Of a DNA stretch of 64,000 bases, positions 1 through 12,450 are shown one piece after another. The stretch's first letter is position 1, and every line of letters begins with the position of its first letter. The translations under genes and the position numbers were made by a program. The DNA comes from Okamejei kenojei (lineage: Eukaryota): NCBI GenBank assembly GCA_035221665.1, contig CM069137.1, positions 24,552,001-24,616,000 on the forward strand, given 5' to 3'. The notes below the pieces were generated by a model that saw only the letters and a program-made list of their open reading frames with translations, was not told the DNA's origin and searched no databases.

Positions 1-227
1 AACTCTGTTACCTTCAATTGAGTTTTATTCTCACTTTTTTTTTCTCTGGAAGACTGAAAGTGCTGATTACAGGATGCCTCTGTAAATGCATGTTTTTTGT
101 CAAATGAATTAGAAAGTACAATTTGAGGATGCGAAGAACCAGATACTGTTTATTCATTAGCAGTACGCAATGAAGAAACCAAACAATGAAGACACCAAGC
201 AACGAAGAACTCAATCCTGGTTACATT

Positions 228-419
228 TTGTGTAGGACGGAACTGCAGATGCTGGTTTAAACCGAAGATAGACTCAAAAAGCTGGAATAACTCAGCGGGA
301 CAGGCAGCATCTCTGGAGAGAGGGAATGGGTGATGTTTTGGGTCGACCCGAAACGTCACCCATTCTTTCTCTCCAGAGATGCTGCCTGGTCCGCTGATTT
401 ACTCCAGCTTTTTGTGTCT
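228..419. mobile_element. PLE-derived palindromic (hairpin) repeat
   Basis: Inverted arms meet at gggtcgacccg. Perfect 14-bp TSD atcctggttacatt (214-227, 420-433). Confidence 0.75.
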
Positions 420-554
420 ATCCTGGTTACATTATTACATATATCCTGTGGTATCACTAACTTTCATTTTGTTGCAGTCTTCACCAGTTACCACCGCAGC
501 ACAAAGTGGATTGAGAATGTCCAACAAAATTAAGTTTATGCTGAACATTATTTA

Positions 555-925
555 GAGTCATAGAGTTGTACAGAACAGAAATATACCCTTTGGCCCACCT
601 CCTCCATGCCAACTAAAATGTCTATCCAACCAAGTCCCATTTGCTTCTGTGTGAAAAAATTGTCCCTCAGGTCCCTTTTAAATCTTCCCCCTCGCACCTT
701 AAATCTATCTCCTCTAGTTTTAAACTCCCCAATTCTGGGAAAAAGACTGACCGTCCACTTTAACTACATCTCTTGCAAAGTTATGTACTTCTATAAGATT
801 ACCACTCAGACTCAAACGCTCCAGGGGGAAAGTCTCCCAGCCCATCCAGCCTCGCTTTATAATTCAGACACACCATTCCCAGTAACATCCTCATGAATCT
901 TTTCAGCACTTCCCTGTTTAATGAC
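555..925 (-). mobile_element. CR1 (HER1-like) LINE 3' fragment
   Basis: Reverse-strand RT C-terminal region (tgtgaaaaaattgtccctcaggtcccttttaaatcttcccc) and tail gagtcatagag. Confidence 0.75.
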
Positions 926-1589
926 ATAATGATGACAACAGCATTTGATGTTAACTATTTGCCACCATGAACTGGTTTTAAATCCAGAGATGGTCCAAAG
1001 ACTTTCAATCAATATAGAGGTATTATGCGATGTACTCGTGATCGAGAGGACTTAAATCAAGTTATAGTTTGTCTGTGATTGAGAAGACCTAAAACAAGTT
1101 ACTGTATCTCAGTTTACTTGCTTTAAATTTGGTCTGTGGTGAAATGGTACTTGAGAGGTTAAATATGGCTCTTTCATCATACAAGCTCAAAATAACTAAA
1201 ACTTGCTAATGCATAATATTTATAGCTTCCACCTGAGAATTGTATTAATGTTTGTTTAATACAGCTGCCTGCTCTGGAACTACCTGGAATATTAAGATTT
1301 GTAACTGAAGACAATGAGGTAAATGGAAATGGATTGAATCCGTTTATTTGGATGTAAAAATCCCTGATGTAAAAATCTTGCATTTTTACTGCCTGAGGTA
1401 GCATAATTCTTTGAGCACAGTCTAAGCCGGACTTTAGCACCTGCCTTGCTGGTGGTATATCTGCATCACTAACAAATCTATGGTGTTAGACATATATGTG
1501 AACAATAAACCATTAAGTATACACCCTATTTACATCATGAAATGAGTGAGACATAATCCGACGAAGTGAGACGATGTAAGAGATAGCAG

Positions 1590-1900
1590 CAGACTATAAA
1601 AAGGTTTGCTTTAGCCATCAGCTTGTTGCTCTGAAACATTGCAAAAATGATTCACGTTCAGTGAATTGCTTTGTTGTGATGTTGGCAAATGTGGCAGCCA
1701 TTTTACACACATTAGTGTCCTTGTTGCTCTTTGAAATAAGAGTGTTGGCCAGAACACTGGGAGAACTGTGAACTTCTCCTCAGCTAATACCACAAATGTT
1801 CCCCGGAATAGATAATGAACCATCACTGATTGATGGAGAATGATGGAATAATGTGGCTTGTTTTTGAAGGGTAGAGGATATAACGGCTATCTAATGACCT
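1590..1900 (-). mobile_element. Highly diverged DeuSINE remnant
   Basis: ggcaaatgtggcagccattttacacac and tgttggccagaacactgggagaact match the reversed Deu landmarks. Confidence 0.45.
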
Positions 1901-2519
1901 GGAGGAGGTTCCTTTCATTTAAGCGAAAAGCAAACCAAACATTTTGAGTCATAGATTAATACAGCGTGTAAACAGGCACTTTGACCCAACTTGCCCTCAC
2001 AGGCACACAAATTAAACAATATTTTTGGGCCTATTCTATTCCTCAATGGGTTGATACAATAGGATACTCACTGCCGCTACCTATTCAGACCTAAACTGTA
2101 AATGAACCTCAATTAAGTCAGGGATTAGAAATGGACATAGCAAAGGATGCTGCTAACTTTATGTAAGATCTTTCTGTCTCTCATTGAGTTAAGCAAACTA
2201 TAATAGTGGACAGTCCACTTCCACTGGTTCCATGTAATGTAATTAATCTGGACAATTTGAATTGAATGCTTGCCTGCCAGTTCTAATGTGCAAATTGAAT
2301 TGAAATTGCCACCTATCCATCTGCCAAAGGTATAAAAGAAAGCAATTGCCCAGATCATCCTAAACTAATAATTTCCTACACAGATAATGTTCAACTGAGG
2401 ATCCAACAATGTTTATGAGATAAGAACCCTGGCACAGTATGTTCAAAGTCCTAGAGCCAACTATGTAATATCAAAATGATCAATCACTTATTCAAGAAAA
2501 TTTAAAAAATTAAGAAAAC

Positions 2520-2742
2520 CCATCTGCACCTTTTCACAGCCAACAATGTACCATTGTGGGCTCCACCTTTCCTTGGTCATCAATGCTGCTCCGAATCGTT
2601 GTGAACCTTTTCATACCTTTAGTTTCCCTCTCCCTTGACTCTCAGTCTGAAGAAGCATCTCGACCCGAAACATCACATGTTCCTTTTCTCCAGGGGTGCT
2701 GCCTGGCCTGCTGAGTTACTCCAGCGTTTTGTGCCTATCTGC
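2520..2742 (+). mobile_element. PLE-derived 3' end with decayed hammerhead motif (2647-2674)
   Basis: ctgaagaagcatctcgacccgaaacatc followed by the family tail gctgcctggcctgctgagttactccagc. Confidence 0.65.
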
Positions 2743-3024
2743 ATTTTAGACATGTCCCTTACATCGGCCCATGTTTAGTTCATGCTTTTACAGACCATCT
2801 TCTGACAAAGGTTCACAGGTATAAGAATATGGCTGATGAGAGAAGAGGCTAGGGAAAAATCTCCTGCATCCCCAAAAGTTAATCAAGCAAAAGATCCAGT
2901 AAATCATTCTAACAATGCAATCTATGATAGTAAATCTTGACCAGATATGATGCTACATTTTGAAAGAGAATTTAAAAAAAAATTGATGTTGATTCTGGCA
3001 GATCAGAAAACATCTCGCAGGTAT

Positions 3025-3410
3025 CTGTGGCTAAGTTGGCAGCACTCCTGACTGAAGCGATTATGGAGTCAAATCTCACCAGATTTGTCAAATATTTTGC
3101 TAATACTCCACGGTGGCACTGAGAAAGCACTGAGCTGTTGGAGATACTGGCTCTTGGAGTAATGGATAAACTGAGGCCCTGACTACTCTCTCAAGGGACA
3201 TAAGACAAATACCAGCATTTTGAAGAAAAGTGGAAACATTATTCCCAATACACTGGCCAATATTTCACTGTAACTCAACACGACCATAACATATGATCTG
3301 GTCATTATCCCATTGCTGTTTATGGGAGCTTGCTATGCACATAAAACTCTTGTATTTCTTGTATCAGCAACTGCACCTCGGAAGCACTTCATTAGCTGTA
3401 AATGCAACCC
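3025..3410 (+). mobile_element. DeuSINE (SacSINE1/AmnSINE1-related), diverged
   Basis: Deu-domain landmarks taaactgaggccc..ctctcaagg, ctggccaatattt, atctggtcattatcccattgctgtttatgggagcttgct, cttcattagctgtaaa. Confidence 0.72.
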
Positions 3411-5073
3411 CTTTTCTTTTTAACTGAGGTAGAGTCATGGCCAGATAAATAGGAAGAAGATTTCCAATATTTAAACAAAAAGACTCCTGTCTTCTTTTGC
3501 TGCAGAGGGTATTAAATGGCAGCCTTTGTTATTTTTGGAGCTTGTATTTAAATACAACTTAAAGTCAGCTCCAGAGCAGCTGCAGATGTCAGTGACTACT
3601 GAGCTTCATTTTCATCCATCCAGGAATAAATGTTTTCTCACATTTCTCAAGCTTAGAGATGACACTTCTGAAAATATGGTGGTGATTGTTTACCGATTAT
3701 CGAATTTTGAATAGAAACATAAAAATCATCTTTGAAGCTTTGAAGACAGCATGCTTCACATTTGCTGGGCAACGATAAAATCTGAATAAACTCAATTAGG
3801 AATTCAGAAGAATGATCTTTACTGAAGGGGTGGTGAGAATGTGAAATTTGCTGCCTTATGTGAGTAGTTGAGGCAAATAGCACATAGGCATTTAAGTGTA
3901 TTCTGGGCAAGTAGAGAAGAGGCAAGAAATATGAGGAATCGATAATGAGACTGTGTGGGAATAACAGCGGGATAGACCAATTGGCCTGGATTTATGTTGC
4001 TACCCTGTAAGATTTATGCTGTCCTCTGTAACATGATATGTCAAGTTTGCTATTAGGACATCTGAAAAACGCAACAAAAGTTAAAAGCCAAAGTTAACTT
4101 GCCTATTTTTTTAGGATAATAGAAATCAACCCTGGATTATATGAGTGAAATGATTGTATAGTATTTTAGTTTTGGGGTATTGCAGGTATTTTCAATCTTT
4201 TCTTGCTGACACTAGTTGGATGGTTGGGTGCAGATATATCACTTGACCTTCCCCCCCCATCCAGTCCAATTTCTCTCCAACTCCCAAATATTTGTAGTTG
4301 AAATAATCAGAGAAAATGAAAAACTGGTTCTTGATCGCTTGCGAATGAACATAGTAGCAGCCAAAATTCAAAAGTGGAGTACAGGCATACATTTCTATAC
4401 AATATGTGTGTATTTGGCATGAGCAAAACAAGGGTGTATTTTTGAGCATTTTATTGAGACATCAATAATTTTACACTGAGTTGCGCGCTCCAGCCTCTGG
4501 GAGATGTATTTTTAGAGATGTCCGTACAATCATGGAGGAATGGAAACAATTTTGGGATTTTAATCAATGCACGAAGCGTCACTTCACTAATTTTGCCCAC
4601 TGCGATATGCAGAAGCACTAGCTTATAAAATCCATGACTCTGCAGAAAAAAATTAGAAGTGACTTTTAAAGGAGAGGCCTTGAGCAACACTCTCCATTGT
4701 ATAAATGAAATGCAATAGCAAGATTTATCTTTGGTTCACAGATTAATTGGATTGTACTCTAAATGTTTTGATGGGTCTACACACTTCAAAGCACATCTGT
4801 GATACCACCACAATGTGGGATTTTTATTATAACTGAAGGGAGCTGAAGAAAAGTTTTATTTTCCCCCTCTCAAGAGTAGACGGCATCAAGACAGGGGTCC
4901 CTAATCCATCATGCCCCGCAGGCAGCAGCTACTGGAGATGCCAGCCAGAGATCAGTCGCTGCACAGACTCGGCAGTGAAATCCAAGACGATTTATAACAG
5001 TTAGGTAACTGCTTTGGCTCTGGCAGAGCATTAAGTGAAACTTTATGCTGTCGTGTGGGGGTGGAGGGTGGTC

Positions 5074-5098
5074 AAAGAGAGACAGAAAGAGAGTCAGT

Positions 5099-5131
<33 letters not shown>

Positions 5132-5160
5132 TCAGAGAGAGAGCGAATGAGAGAGAGAAG
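5074..5160. repeat. Imperfect (GA)n microsatellite
   Basis: gagagagaga cagagagaga gagagagaga run. Confidence 0.9.
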
Positions 5161-5265
5161 CGTGACCCAGGAACACAAGGACTTATGCAAGCCTCATGCA
5201 CTCGCACATTGCCCCTACTGCCCACGTCATCCTAGCCACAGTCTCACATTCCTGTCTTTCTAGAC

Positions 5266-5279
5266 CCACTAGGTGGTAG
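5266..5279 (+). promoter_or_regulatory. Candidate CTCF site
   Basis: CCACTAGGTGGTAG is one mismatch from the core CCACTAGGTGGCAG; motif match only. Confidence 0.3.
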
Positions 5280-6434
5280 ATAAGGTGGTTGAGGCCAGTC
5301 CACCTCCCCTGTCCATAGATGGACAATGCCAGGAATGTCTGCAATGTGTTCTATTTTTGTCGCACCTATGTGTGGCCACCCATCTGGTCTTAATCAATCA
5401 GTCTCATCCCAAAGCTTTGTTAAACTACCAGCTGAAATAATATACTGCTTCATCAGGATACAGCCTGAAGGATGGCGGCTGTGCAAATCCCCAGCCAGAG
5501 CATGTTAATTGTAGTTACATATCTGTGAACCTAGAAGCTAACAGGGAATCAGGGAGAAGGAAGGATTTATGTGATAGTGGTGGTAGTCATGGCTGCACTA
5601 CTTTTAAAACAAAATTTGTCCACACCGTTTCTTAGGCAAAAAAGACGTCTATTCGAGAGGGTGGGTGCCTGCATAGCAATCACCACCTCAACCACCTTTT
5701 TTATGTCTATGTGAGTAGTCTATAGATGGTGGGACTCTTTACTGCTGCCTAGGTAACTGCCTGGGAAGGTTGGAATATCCGGTGACGGAGTTGTGATTGA
5801 GGGTCCTGACACAACCTTTGTTGTACTGAGGTGTTGGATGCACATTCAGACGCACGCTTAGTTAGTTCTCTTCAGTGTACTCCCATCCTTCCTTCTGCTG
5901 TTCTCCCCCACCCCCTTCCACCACTATCCCACCAACCCACCCTCTCTAACACCTCCTGCCAAGGTAACAACACAAGCCAGCTTTTGGGCAGAATCTAATG
6001 CTGACGACTGATGAGAATTTGTCTGAAATTCCATTCACCCAGCGTTTCATGAACATTAGTACGTGTGTGCTGGACAATGAAAGTGCAAGGTATTCTGAGT
6101 GCAAACCACTTATACACTCAGAATATGCACTCACTAAGTGTTCCTTACCCAAAGTGAAAGTATGCAGGAATTCTGCAGTATGTACACAAGCAAGGAGGTG
6201 TCCAAGTTATGTGCAAAAGAGCAAATATATGTGCAAAGAGGGTAAAAGAAAATGTAAGAAAATATTTGAGATGCACATGAATTTGATGAATTTACACTCA
6301 CCTTCATTGTGAATTTTGTCCTCTACAATTTTCAACTGTTCTGGCTGAAGTTAGGAAGACTCTCTAGGCAAATAATACTTGAAGCTTTAGAAACCGCCAG
6401 AGGGGTTTCTAAACATAATTGCACAAAACAAAAA

Positions 6435-6640
6435 TAATTAAGTGCTGGAGCAACTTGGTGGGTCAGGCAGCATCTGTGGAGGGATGGATGGATGACGTTT
6501 CGGGTCGGGATCCTTCTTCAAACCCTTCATCAGTGTGAACATGAGTCTTCCCATTATCCCACTGATACTACCTGACCAATGGAGTTCCTCCAGCAGTTTG
6601 CTTTTTGCTATTCTAACATCTGTAATTCCTTGTGTTTCCA
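6435..6640. mobile_element. PLE-derived palindromic repeat (older copy)
   Basis: gtgctggagcaact..caggcagcatctg..gacgtttcgggtcggga arm and a diverged inverted arm. Confidence 0.6.
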
Positions 6641-7679
6641 TAATTGCATGAAATATTTGTTTTAAAATGTACCTACCAACCCCACCCATCCAATTATCAC
6701 CTCCAAAGAAGGTGCTAAAACATGATACAAGTTATTGCAGTTGTTAGTTGTTATCCCTTAGGACCTTGGCCAATTCACCTCTCTGCATGTGTGAGTCTGT
6801 GCACAGAATGACTTCAAGCTATTCAGCCATTTGTGGGGAGGATGGGGTGAGGATAGGGGGGAGGGGGAGAGGTGATGGTTTCAGAGGGGCAATTCACAAC
6901 TTGCCTTGTTCCTAAACTCAATTGGTGGCCAGATGCACATTCCAAAGGGGGTCACTGCTCAATCAAAAGGCAACAAACCTGTATGGCATTTCTAGCCCAA
7001 GTCCAGAAATGCTGAAAGAATGTGTTGTGTTCTAAACAGCCATCAAATGTCGTTTAGCCATTGCACCTAGGTTTATGCTTGGCCTGATCATTGTTTAGAA
7101 CTTTAAATTAATAACAAAGGAGGCAATTGTTCTTACATATTGCTCTTTAATCCCGTGCATTTTATATACACAAGCTTCTTCGCCTTCCTTCGAAATCTTC
7201 TTGCTATCCCCAATAGTCATGGATTTTTGCTTCATTTGACATCACAAATGTGGATTGCTGCCCACAAACCACAGTCTCTGTCCATGATGTCACCTGAGGA
7301 TGAACTCGCGACAGAATGTCTGCAGTGTGCTAGACTTAAACCAACAGTTTGTAACTTGGTAAAAACCAGGGCGGAAAGGGACCAAGAGGCACCCATATTC
7401 ATACAGGTATCCTCCTTCTAACGTTCCACATTACAGAGTAATCTAATCAAGTGCAATTCTCCTTTATTTGTGGATTTCTTTGCTTTCAAAATTTTTTTTG
7501 CCAACAGAAAAAGCAGCGCTTTTCTATGCAATTTAAGTGCTAGTGGCACGATAGTCTGTTATTATCATGTGTGGGGAATAAAAAGCAATCTATATGTAGC
7601 ATCATAAATTCACCACCAACTGCTGGCAAAGTTATTCCAGCAAAGCAAGAATCAAGAGAGTTCTATTGTTATATGTCAT

Positions 7680-8235
7680 GGTCATAGAGAGATACAGTGT
7701 AGAAACAAGCCCATCGGCCCAACTTGCCCACACAGGACAACAATGTTCCAGTTACATTAGTCCCACTTGCCTGCGTTTGGTCCATATCCCTCCAAACCGG
7801 TCCTATCCATGTTCCTTGTCTAATTGTTTCTTAAACGATGGGATAGTCCAGCTTCAACTACCTTATCTGACAGCTTGTTCTATACACCCACTACCCTTTG
7901 TGTGAAAAAGTTACTCCTCGGATTCCTATTAAATCTTTTCCCCTTCACCTTGAACCTATGTCCTCGGGTCCTCAATTCCCCTACTCTGGGCAAGAGACTC
8001 TGTGCATCTACCCAATCTATTCCTCTTATGATTTTGTACACTTCTATAAGATCCCCCCTCATCCCCCTGTGTTCCAGGAGACCCATCCTACTCAACCTCC
8101 CTCGAGCTCATACCCTCTAGGCCTTGGAACTTCCTCATAAATCTTTTCTGAACCCTTTCAAGCTTGACAATATCTTTCCTATAACATGGTGCCCAGAACT
8201 GAACACAATATTCTAAATGCGATCTCACCAATGGT
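7680..8235 (-). mobile_element. CR1 (HER1-like) LINE 3' fragment
   Basis: ORF 7880-8095 RGDLIEVYKIIRGID...TRGHRFKVKGKRF...FFTQRVV is the canonical CR1 ORF2 C-terminus. Confidence 0.9.
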
Positions 8236-8276
8236 ACTCTGTAAACACCATAATAAACAACAACAAAAGTTCAGCA

Positions 8277-8316
8277 TGTGTGTGTGTGCACATGTGTGTG
8301 TGTGTGTGTGTGTGCA
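8277..8316. repeat. (TG)n microsatellite
   Basis: Directly visible. Confidence 0.9.
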
Positions 8317-8904
8317 CATACCTAAAGGGCTGATTAACTTGCCCACTATGAATGGTTTTATTACTCCCTCTTAATATTTGTACATAATTTTGTTGGATCT
8401 TTCATATCTGTGTAAGTGATGGTACTTTTCTGACTATGTTTGTTTTATTCCTTCCTCCACTGAGGTCTTTTCATATTCCATACAGTGTACATTTTAGCAT
8501 GCAAGGAAGTCAGTCTTGCAAAGTACATTCAGGGAGATACCAGCAAGCCACAACTAATGCACAAAGAGACGTGGGGTTCAGATCCTGTTGACAAACCACA
8601 TAACTGGTTCATCAAAGTTCCCTGGGCTCCTGAGACTTGTTATTGTTTTGAAACACATGACCGAATATATTTTTACCATATAACCTTTTTCTTTAAAAAA
8701 AAAAGCTCGCGTGATGCAAGAAATTGCCAAGTAGCCAAGTAATGCGGTAGTGCCACAATCAATCGATTCAGATGGGTTAAAGACGGTCATTTGGGGTATC
8801 ATATCATTCAAACCGCGGTGCCAATATCGGATCACTCATGAAGACATCAGTAATAATGCACCTTAGCAATGCAAATTACTTTGCCTTCTCAATGTACTGA
8901 GATG

Positions 8905-9157
8905 AGGAAAAACGTTTTCACCCAAACAAACTTTTTCACCCAGAGAGTTGTGAATCTGTGGAATTCACTGCCACAGAAGGCAGTGGTGGCCAATTCACTG
9001 GATGATTTCTAGAGAGAAACTAATGGAATCAAGGAATATGGGGGAAAAGCTGGAATGGGGTACTGATTTTGGATGATCAGCCATGATCATATTGAATGGT
9101 GGTGCTGGCTTGAAGGACCGAATGACCTACTCCTGCACCTATTTTCCTATGTTTCCA
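8905..9157 (+). mobile_element. CR1 LINE 3' end, second subfamily
   Basis: tttttcacccagagagttgtgaatctgtggaattc..tail cctactcctgcacctattttcctatgtttc. Confidence 0.8.
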
Positions 9158-9415
9158 TAGTTACTGCCTCATACTGAGGTAAAGGCCCCAAAGACAGCGA
9201 ATCATACTTGTTTCCATTCTATCTGAGCAGCATGGTTGAGTATCAGCTGTCAGCAGTCCCGGTTACTGGAATGCTAATGAAAACTGGGGGCACTCACTGA
9301 TATCTTTCACACCAAACTCCACCAACCCCTGTCCCAGACTTTCTAACGTAGAAAAATGACCCGTGAAGGAGAAAAATGACCCGTGAAGGAGCAATAAATC
9401 CAGTTTACCGGTTGA

Positions 9416-9575
9416 GAACAGCAACCCATATTCTGCTTGGGTAGCCTGCAATCCAATGTGTAAGAAGGAACTGCAGATGCTGCTTTACACCGAAGATGGG
9501 CACCGCCTGGCCTTCTGAGTTCTCCAGCACTTTGCCATTTAGCTCAAAAATTCAGAATCCGCAGTCTCTTGATTC
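9416..9575 (+). mobile_element. PLE fragment: GIY-YIG tail remnant plus end-repeat pieces
   Basis: 9416-9457 reads EQQPIFCLGSLQSN, the same motif as 39064; followed by gtaagaaggaactgcagatgctg. Confidence 0.55.
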
Positions 9576-9690
9576 TTCATCAATTCTCCGCTAGTTTACC
9601 TGGAATCCCACTGCAACATCATTGATTTGGAATTACATTTGAGATATTTTTTACTTGTTATAAATGATTGTAGGATAAGCCATTGCCTTT

Positions 9691-9997
9691 GATAGTGGCA
9701 CAGTGTCACAGCTGATAGAGCTGCAGCGCTGGAGGCCTGTGTTCAACAATAACCTCAGGTGCTGTCTATGTGGAGTTTACACATTCTCCCTATGACTGCA
9801 TTGGTCCCCAGCAGGTGCTCCGGTTTCTTCCCACATCCCAAAGTGGTGTGGGGTTGTAGGTTAATTGGCCTCAGTAAATTGTTCTTTATAGGGAGTGGAT
9901 GAGAAAGCGGAAAAAAAAATAGAACTTGTGTGAACAGCAGTCAGTGAGGACTCTGTGGGCGGAAGTGCCTGCTTCCATACCGTACCTCAAAACTAAA
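9691..9997 (+). mobile_element. HE1-type V-SINE
   Basis: tRNA-like head, V-domain (tgtggagtttacacattctccc..ggtttcttcccacatcccaaag), CR1-derived tail ending in taaac. TSD cattgccttt / cattaccttt. Confidence 0.8.
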
Positions 9998-10512
9998 CAT
10001 TACCTTTTACCAACTGAACCAGCTGTGAATGTATGAGACAGCAGTGAATGTGGCCCATGCATCATCAATAGCCTCTGGTTTCTATCAAAAAATGGTTCCT
10101 CTCTAAAATATTTAAGCAGGAAAAAATGCTACCATTTTGTTCACGGTGACAGAGTAACATAATCTGACAAACACAATCCATATGTGACAAAATGACTTTA
10201 TTGTAAAACAATGAGAATCACAAATGGCAGCTCCAGCCTCACAACATAATTTTCTTTTTGAGGGAAAGTTTGCACTTCTTATAATTTGAGATCTCTCCCC
10301 TGTGAAGAAGCAGACAAGTAACTTGACAAGTTGTGATTATTATTCCTTCTCTCGAGTTAGTTGTATTCAAATAAAAAAAAAGATTTCATGGTTCAAATTG
10401 AAGCCAGGTATTGTCGACTACAGTTCAGCATTGGGTTTGTGTAAATGAGGTGCACCTGGGAAGCCAGTACCAGGTCCTCTACGATGTGCTGAGCTGGAGC
10501 GTTGTGGGACAG

Positions 10513-10928
10513 AGCCGGCATAATGGCGCAGCGATAGAGTTGCTGCCTTACAGAGCCAGAGACCCGGGTTCGATCCTGACTACGGGTACTTGTCGGTACG
10601 GAGTTTGTACGTTCTCCCCGTGACCAGCGTGGGTTTTCTCAGGGATCTCCAGTTTCCTCCCATACTCCAAAGACGAACGGATTTGTAGGTTATGTGTAGG
10701 AAGGAATTGCGGATGCTGGTTTACACCGAAGATAGATGCTGGAGTAACTCAACGGGACAAGCAGCATCTCTGGGGAGAAGGAACGGGTGACGTTCCAGGT
10801 CGAGATCCTTCTATAATTGTGAATTGTCTCTAGTGTATGTAGGATAATGTAAGTGTGCCAGGATCACTGGTCGGTGCAGACTCGGTGGGCCAAAGTGCCT
10901 ATTTCAGCGCTGTATCTCTAAACTAAAT
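10513..10928 (+). mobile_element. HE1-type V-SINE interrupted by a PLE-derived repeat (~10694-10813)
   Basis: B-box ggttcgatcc, V-domain, tail gctgtatctctaaactaaa. Confidence 0.85.
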
Positions 10929-11074
10929 TAAGATGCTGCCAATGGCTTATTACTTTACTTAAAACTGTACTTAGAATTTTGCGTTGGGCACATAATAAGT
11001 AGAGACATATCCCATTAAAGGAGCAGACACCACCGTTCTCTGTGTGGAGAAGTCATGAGGCAGTGCTTGCTTTC

Positions 11075-11298
11075 TGGATACAAAAGGAACTGTAGATGCT
11101 GGAATCTTCAGTAAAAGGCAAAATGCTGGAGTAACACAACAGGTCAGGCAGCAGATCTGGAACACATGGATGGGTGATATTTCAGGTTGGGATCCTTCGT
11201 GAGTCTGAGGAAGGATGCCGAATGTAAAGTCGCTTATCTCTGTCCTCCAGAGATGCAGCATGGCCCATTGAGTTACTCCAGCACTTTGTGTTTTACTT
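11075..11298. mobile_element. PLE-derived palindromic repeat
   Basis: aaaggaactgtagatgctggaatc arm and inverted gagatgcagc..gagttactccagcactttgtg arm. Confidence 0.65.
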
Positions 11299-11569
11299 AT
11301 CTTCCTGGATGGCACTCCTAAGTGTTTTTTTCCACAGTCAAGCCAGTATTCTTCAATTGATTTAACAACTATAGGTTCATTTAAAGGAAGCATTAAGGAA
11401 CAGAATACTGTGGCAAGCCTGTCGTCATGGCTGTATCCTGCTATATGTGCAAGGTGAAGGGTGAACAGGAGCCGACAGAAGACAGGCAAGAACAAGCTAT
11501 TAGGCATTCAATAAACTGTTGCTGAGTAACAGCTGAGTGTGCCAGTCAGCAGAGAGACAAAACGCAGCG

Positions 11570-11895
11570 CCCTGACACTCCAATGGTGTGGTGTTACTGC
11601 TTTGTGTTGGTCTGAACTGTACAGGAACTGGAGGTTTGATCCCTGCTCAGAGCTGATTGACAGCAGTTGTGACATTGCAGTTACTTTCACATGTCCTGAG
11701 GTTATAGAAAGGAAAAGGCTGACAGAATTCTTATTCCTGCTTGCTATCTAGCAACCTCTGCCATGGGCATGTCTTCCTATATAGGTCGAGGACAAGATAG
11801 ATCTCGACAGGGATGCTTCCCGTGGTCAAATATCTCGGCAAGTCTTTCAGCCCACGGGCCGTGGATGAAGTTTGCAACTTGAATGAAGTGGCACA
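11570..11895 (+). mobile_element. Old tRNA-headed SINE-like repeat, family not identified
   Basis: B-box-like ggtttgatccc. Related segments appear near 29265-29350, 29780-29845 and, reversed, 30700-30845. Confidence 0.35.
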
Positions 11896-11972
11896 ATGAA
11901 AGCTAATCCTCATAGAGCAAAGTGTGAGCACAAATCAGTGCCTTCAAAGAAAAGCACTAAAGAAGAAAACAG

Positions 11973-12450
11973 CGTGTAGGAAGGAAATGCAGATGCTGGT
12001 ATACGCAGAAGATAGACACAAAAAACTGGAGTAACTCAGCGGGACAGGCAGCATCTCTGGACAGAAGGAATGGGAATTATCCGTCTATGGATACAAGGGT
12101 GGTCACGGTGGCACAGCGGTAGAGTTGCTGCCTTACAGCACTTGCAGCGCCGGAGACCAGGGTTCGATCCTGACTACGGGTGCTGCCTGTACAGAGTTTG
12201 TACGTTCTCCCCATGACCGCGTGGGTTTTCTTTAAGACCTTCGGTTTCCTCCCACACTCCAAAGACGTGCAGGTTTGTAGGTTAATTGGCTTGGTGTATG
12301 TGTAAACTGTCCCTAGTGTGTGTAGGATAGTGTTAATGTGTGGGGATGGCTGGTCGGTGCGGACTCGGTGGGCCAAAGGGCCTGTTTCCACGCTGTATCT
12401 CTAAACTAAACTAAACGAATGGGTGACGTTTCAGATCGAGACCTTTCATT
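11973..12450 (-). mobile_element. PLE-derived repeat split by an HE1 SINE
   Basis: The arm runs to 12074 and resumes at 12417 (gaatggg duplicated) as gtgacgtttcagatcgagaccttt. Confidence 0.7.
12097..12416 (+). mobile_element. Full-length young HE1-type V-SINE
   Basis: A-box tggcacagcgg, B-box ggttcgatcc, V-domain, (ctaaa)n tail. TSD gaatggg. Confidence 0.9.

Noticed and set aside
5045-5263. Arg/Glu-rich ORF
   Set aside because: Translation of the (GA)n microsatellite.
9350-9391. 20-bp tandem duplication (similar ones at ~14840-14862 and 27241-27284)
   Set aside because: Ordinary two-unit slippage or repair duplications with no further structure.
12097-12185. tRNA gene (A and B boxes), also at 10513, 38403 and 63547
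   Set aside because: These are tRNA-derived SINE heads continuous with the V-domain and CR1 tail; no cloverleaf or terminator.
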